DNA of 19,093 nucleotides from a virus (Duplodnaviria; Heunggongvirae; Uroviricota; Caudoviricetes): IMG/VR virus record IMGVR_UViG_2563366800_000003; one strand, 5' to 3'. Shown piece by piece: positions 15,081 to 19,093 of this stretch (position 1 is its first letter; each line of letters starts with the position of its first letter). The notes under the pieces were generated by a model. It saw only the letters and a program-made list of their open reading frames with translations, ran no database searches and was not told where the DNA came from. The position numbers and the translations under genes were made by a program.

Positions 15081-15536
15081 TTATACGCTGACCTTACAAT
15101 CAATCACCGCTTTTAACTTTTCAGCATTGCTTCCCTGACGCTTCCACGCGCTGTAAATATCTTTATCCCACGCTTTACCAGCTTTTGTTTGATAGCCTGC
15201 TTCATTGATCCGTTCAGCTATCACACGCCCATTATCAAATCCCTGTCGGATGGTATCGGCAATGATCTTTATAACTGCCGTTTCGTTATATGGCTTTGGT
15301 GGGATGTTCGGCTTTCCGGCAATAAGCGACGCAGCAGCTTTTTCCATGCGCTCCACCAGCCCAAGCATTCGTGAATCAATAGACTTTTCCGGCTGTCCCA
15401 GCTTCATGCGAATCGCATCAACAAGCCAGGAGGTTTTATCCCCTCCAGAAGCGAGAACAGACCGATTAAACTCATCCTGCAATTCAGATGGGATGCGGAA
15501 CGCGACCAGATTAGATTTGCTCATTGCAAATACCAT
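15081..15536 (-). CDS. Hypothetical protein (151 aa) with an N-terminal ribbon-helix-helix-like DNA-binding motif
   Basis: LVAFRIPSELQDEFNRSVLASGGDKTSWLVDAIRMKL fits the RHH (Arc/MetJ/CopG) pattern; the gene is transcribed away from iteron array 2, which lies in its upstream region. Confidence 0.6.
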   Translation of the reverse strand: MVFAMSKSNLVAFRIPSELQDEFNRSVLASGGDKTSWLVDAIRMKLGQPEKSIDSRMLGLVERMEKAAASLIAGKPNIPPKPYNETAVIKIIADTIRQGFDNGRVIAERINEAGYQTKAGKAWDKDIYSAWKRQGSNAEKLKAVIDCKVSV

Positions 15537-15637
15537 ATCAGTGAGTAATATCCATACAGTATACCACTGTATAACACTGTTATGCGCTCAAATATTAGCC
15601 AGAAAATAACGGACCAATCACAAAGCTATCGCTGTGT

Positions 15638-15762
15638 TGTTGGTTCAGAGCTGGGCTGTGTTGGTTCAAAATGAGTTGATGTTGGTTCAATATTTTAGAA
15701 AAAACATAATAAAAACAACGATCTTTACAAATTGAACCAACTGAACCAACTGAACCAACACC
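15638..15762. repeat. Second iteron-type module, inverted relative to 9608-9722: three spaced TTGGTTCA (15640, 15661, 15682), AT-rich spacer, three tandem TGAACCAAC (15733-15759)
   Basis: Seen directly; reverse complement aligns with the first module (same 9-bp unit, AT-rich centre) but with different spacings; lies in the divergent intergenic region between the RHH gene and the perC-like gene. Confidence 0.6.
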
Positions 15763-15795
15763 TTTTTGCTTATCTATATAATCTGAGAGGCAGAA

Positions 15796-16077
15796 ATGAT
15801 AAGGGACAGGAAAGCTGAAGAGCTGGAGTCAAAAGGGCTATACCGGAGAGCTGCCGCACGATGGATGGAAGTCATGCTGTTATGCACCGAGGACGATGAT
15901 CGGGAATGGATAAAGCGCCGCCGTGAAACGTGTCTGGAGAACGTGAAGCGCCCGCCCGTGAAGGTTGAGGAATTTGGCGACCTGCATAAAGCTGTTACCG
16001 AAACGCAACACCGCATGGGGATAGCGCAACCGAACGGTAACGCCTTCCGGTTAAATGGCGGCAAGAGGCAAAGGTAG
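15796..16077 (+). CDS. PerC-family transcriptional activator-like protein
   Basis: 93-aa ORF; EELESKGLYRRAAARWMEVMLL is the PerC/Pch signature pattern as I recall it. Confidence 0.65.
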   Translation: MIRDRKAEELESKGLYRRAAARWMEVMLLCTEDDDREWIKRRRETCLENVKRPPVKVEEFGDLHKAVTETQHRMGIAQPNGNAFRLNGGKRQR

Positions 16078-16119
16078 ACCACCAGAGGGAAATCATCCTC
16101 TGGCTGGCGGTTTCTGGTA

Positions 16120-16150
16120 TTTCGGGACAAGTACGCGCGCGCGTAGCACC
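16120..16150. repeat. Copy c of the GACAAGTACGCGCGCG(CG)TAGCA repeat family
   Basis: TTTCGGGACAAGTACGCGCGCGCGTAGCACC, ~1.4 kb from copy b in the same orientation. Confidence 0.5.
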
Positions 16151-16374
16151 CAATCGGTGAGGAAATAGCGGCGACCTGAATGGTCAAAATCACAACGCAG
16201 CTATCCCCGTAAGCAGCGCTTAACGGAATAGCAGTAACCTGAATCCAGTGAGGAGGGGGTAGTCAAATCTCTACAGCCCTGACTATCCGGGACTGCCCGC
16301 CCCATCGTTTTTTTATACCCGCGAAAAATGAAATTTAATCCGGGCGTGTTTCATCCTTCCAGAGGGTATGACGT

Positions 16375-16560
16375 ATGACACCACGCGAAATAGCCTTATT
16401 GACCATCGCCAAACTTGAGCACGGAGGCCACCAGCTTACACAGGCAGATCAACGGGAGATAGAACGATCAGTTAATGCCGATATAGCCCGGCGCGACAGG
16501 TTCCGCGAAATGATGCGAGCACCTGCCTACCAGTGGAAGAAGCCAGCGCCGCGCAGGTAG
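16375..16560 (+). CDS. Small hypothetical protein (61 aa)
   Basis: ORF with GAGGG ~9 nt upstream; basic C-terminus; no family recognised. Confidence 0.4.
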   Translation: MTPREIALLTIAKLEHGGHQLTQADQREIERSVNADIARRDRFREMMRAPAYQWKKPAPRR

Positions 16561-16680
16561 ATATGGGATTATTCCACATGTAACTTATGCGTATTAAGCA
16601 AATTTCCTTTATTCACCTTTACAGAATTGTGAGTACGTCAGTATCGTTATCCTTCCGATTCGCATTTATTCAGGATTTGC

Positions 16681-17223
16681 ATGTACCAGCTAAAGATAAC
16701 CATCCGAGACAGCAAACCACCTATATGGCGGCGTGTGCTGGTTCCAGAGCAAATCCCCTTTAGTAAACTTCATGCCGTGATCCAGTTAGCTTTTGGCTGG
16801 AATGACGAACACCTGTATATGTTCGAGAAAGGGCGTAAAGGTGATCCAGGTAGCGAGTATCGCGTATGGGGTGAGGATGAAAGCATGGGTAACGCGGCAA
16901 TCACGCCACTATGGGCGGCGCTCCAGAATGAGGGTGACAAGCTGGTTTACACGTATGACTTTGGCGACTGGTGGGATTGCGTCATTGTGCTGGAGAAGCA
17001 AACACACGATACGAGTAATCAGCCCATTAGCTGCCTGCGTGGGAAAGGCACCACCCCGGCGGAAAACTCAGGCGGCTTGCATGGTTACAATGAATTGCTA
17101 TTACAGGCCAGAGAGTCTGATAATCCTGAGCAGGCCGAGATCCACAATTTCCTGATGCTGGATATTGAACGCCGGGTTTACGACCTGAGCCGCATCAACG
17201 ACAGATTGCAGGCTATTAACTGA
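16681..17223 (+). CDS. Plasmid pRiA4b ORF-3-like family protein
   Basis: 180-aa ORF starting MYQLKITIRDSKPPIWRRVLVPEQIPFSKLHAVIQLAFGWNDEHLYMF, the characteristic N-terminal pattern of this family (recalled, not searched). Confidence 0.65.
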   Translation: MYQLKITIRDSKPPIWRRVLVPEQIPFSKLHAVIQLAFGWNDEHLYMFEKGRKGDPGSEYRVWGEDESMGNAAITPLWAALQNEGDKLVYTYDFGDWWDCVIVLEKQTHDTSNQPISCLRGKGTTPAENSGGLHGYNELLLQARESDNPEQAEIHNFLMLDIERRVYDLSRINDRLQAIN

Positions 17224-17575
17224 CCCGCATGTATTCACCTGATATTGCGTTGTCAGCGCCGCCAGTATCGCGCATAACAGCGCACTGACCGGGTAAACCG
17301 TAGCGCACGACCGTTGCGTTAGTATCACCGCCGCGCCGTATCTGGCGCGATTCATACACTGTCACCCGCTCAAGCAGTCCACCAGCAACCATGCTTTCCA
17401 GTGTGCGCCGGGTTGATTCGAGCTGGTGACGCTTATCGAACGACACCATGCCATGAAGCAGGTAGGCCACACCCGACACATCGAACGGCGGCGCACCAAT
17501 CTCACCAGTCACCCATTCGAGGTTATCCGGTTCAAAGTAGCTAAGTATCTCTTTTTTGCGACTGGTCATTCTCAT
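17216..17575 (-). CDS. Hypothetical protein (119 aa), convergent with and overlapping the 3' end of the pRiA4b ORF-3-like gene by 8 nt
   Basis: ORF with AAGGA upstream; no family recognised. Confidence 0.55.
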   Translation of the reverse strand: MRMTSRKKEILSYFEPDNLEWVTGEIGAPPFDVSGVAYLLHGMVSFDKRHQLESTRRTLESMVAGGLLERVTVYESRQIRRGGDTNATVVRYGLPGQCAVMRDTGGADNAISGEYMRVS

Positions 17576-17692
17576 GGCTGGCTGATTCCTTATTGTGGGA
17601 TAGCACTATCATACAATAAGTGGGTTAAAGGGAGAGCGTTACCGCCTGATATGCTGTATGAATAACAACCAAATTTCAGGGGCGGAAAAAGA

Positions 17693-17718
17693 TATGGGGG
17701 TACTTTTGGGGGTATCTA
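17693..17718. promoter_or_regulatory. ATGGGGGTACTTTTGGGGGTAT: right-hand copy of the paired TGGGGGTA motif seen upstream of int
   Basis: 22 of 23 positions identical to 1179-1200; ~60 bp from the degenerate att core copy. Confidence 0.45.
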
Positions 17719-17776
17719 TAAAAAATGAACAATAAAAAAGGCAACAAAAACAAAGCTTATCGCCTATGTGTATTGT

Positions 17777-17794
17777 TCCTATTATCGCACCATT
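17777..17794 (+). other. Degenerate copy of the tRNA-Thr 3' end (TCCTATTATCG-CACCATT); candidate right attachment-site remnant
   Basis: 18 nt matching 1048-1066 with a single-base deletion; same orientation as the left copy. Confidence 0.35.
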
Positions 17795-18061
17795 AAAATC
17801 AAATTGTTACGTAAGATCTTATCATTCTCCCACCAAAAAATTATCTTAATGTAACAGCTGGTGTAAGTAAATTCTATCAACGAAGATCAATCTTATCTAC
17901 TGACCAAAAAGGCCTGATAGGGCTTCGCTCACTATACATCCTTGGCTGCAGGTTTAGTTGTACACCACTCCTAAATTTAATGTGTTGGCAATGTGTTCAA
18001 TAAAGCTCGAACAAATTAGCTCATTATGATCGGTTAATACTTCAACTTCTGGTTGCATGAT

Positions 18062-18098
18062 TGTTTGTCCGTAAAAAGATAACGCGCCTGCCGGGTAG
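18062..18098 (-). terminator. Rho-independent terminator for the minus-strand toxin-antitoxin operon (stem GCGCCTGC/GCAGGCGC, 9-nt loop, T-run on the minus strand)
   Basis: Perfect 8-bp stem at 18074-18098, followed on the minus strand by TCTTTTTAC (plus-strand 18062-18070); ~75 nt beyond the toxin stop. Confidence 0.55.
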
Positions 18099-18173
18099 TA
18101 GCAGGCGCATTACGCAATAGGTAAACAAGGGAGGAAGTTCAGAAATGTAAATCGGGAAGGTTGTACGCAATGT

Positions 18174-18853
<680 letters not shown>

Positions 18854-18871
18854 TACAGTTCTCCACTATTG

Positions 18872-19093
18872 TCAGTTCAGGGTGATGCTCATCAGGCAGG
18901 TATAGGGCCCATTGCGGTCCTGGCGGCGTTCGGCGTATACCGCGAGGACTCCGGCGATATCCGGAACGTCCCTGCCGGTGTAATGACAGACGCTACCGTG
19001 CCACTGGTATTTGCCGGTGCAGTAGCGAAAGATTCGGGACTCAGGATGCTGGCGGTATATCGTCATTGCCCTGCGTTTACTGATAATTTTCAT
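18872..19093 (-). CDS. YeeT/YkfH/YpjJ-family protein (DUF987), start codon at the last three bases of the window
   Basis: 73 aa, MKIISKRRAMTIYRQHPESRIFRYCTGKYQWHGSVCHYTGRDVPDIAGVLAVYAERRQDRNGPYTCLMSITLN, closely matches YeeT as I recall it. Confidence 0.8.
   Translation of the reverse strand: MKIISKRRAMTIYRQHPESRIFRYCTGKYQWHGSVCHYTGRDVPDIAGVLAVYAERRQDRNGPYTCLMSITLN

Noticed and set aside
15189-16193. Plus-strand ORFs 15189-15374 and 15205-15609, and minus-strand 15774-16193
   Set aside because: Antisense to the RHH-protein gene and the perC-like gene respectively; poor composition.
16793-17665. ORFs 16793-17155 (+), 17101-17355 (-), 17426-17665 (+)
   Set aside because: Alternate-frame or antisense overlaps of the pRiA4b ORF-3-like gene and the 119-aa gene.

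Overview
This window is a horizontally acquired accessory region of an enterobacterial (E. coli-like) chromosome, and it holds a satellite/PICI-like integrative element of about 16.8 kb. All calls are from reading the sequence and recalled family signatures; no searches were run. Left edge: the last 210 bp of IS1 (1-210) and a truncated IS2-like transposase remnant (271-745). A 46-nt 3' fragment of tRNA-Thr (1021-1066) marks an integration site and is followed by short repeats and a P4-family tyrosine integrase (1232-2446). Downstream lie an AlpA regulator, a long chain of translationally coupled small genes including an AntA-like antirepressor, and a 918-aa zinc-finger/Toprim/P-loop primase-helicase (6827-9583). 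Two inverted copies of an iteron-type ori module (9608-9722 and 15638-15762) bracket a ~5.9-kb cargo region. My best candidate for an undescribed system is inside that cargo: an operon with a LexA-box-like motif encoding 57-aa, 478-aa and 701-aa proteins (10168-13887) with no motifs I can place in a known family, plus a convergent AT-rich gene for a small 4-TM membrane protein (13906-14325). The 701-aa protein ends in a Gly/Ala-rich hydrophobic hairpin. This looks like a toxin/immunity or superinfection-exclusion-like arrangement, but function is unproven. Further right are an XhlA-like membrane protein, an RHH protein, a PerC-like regulator, a pRiA4b ORF3-like protein, a degenerate att copy (17777-17794), and the end of a neighbouring CP4-type element carrying a CbtA/CbeA-family toxin-antitoxin pair and a YeeT-like gene.
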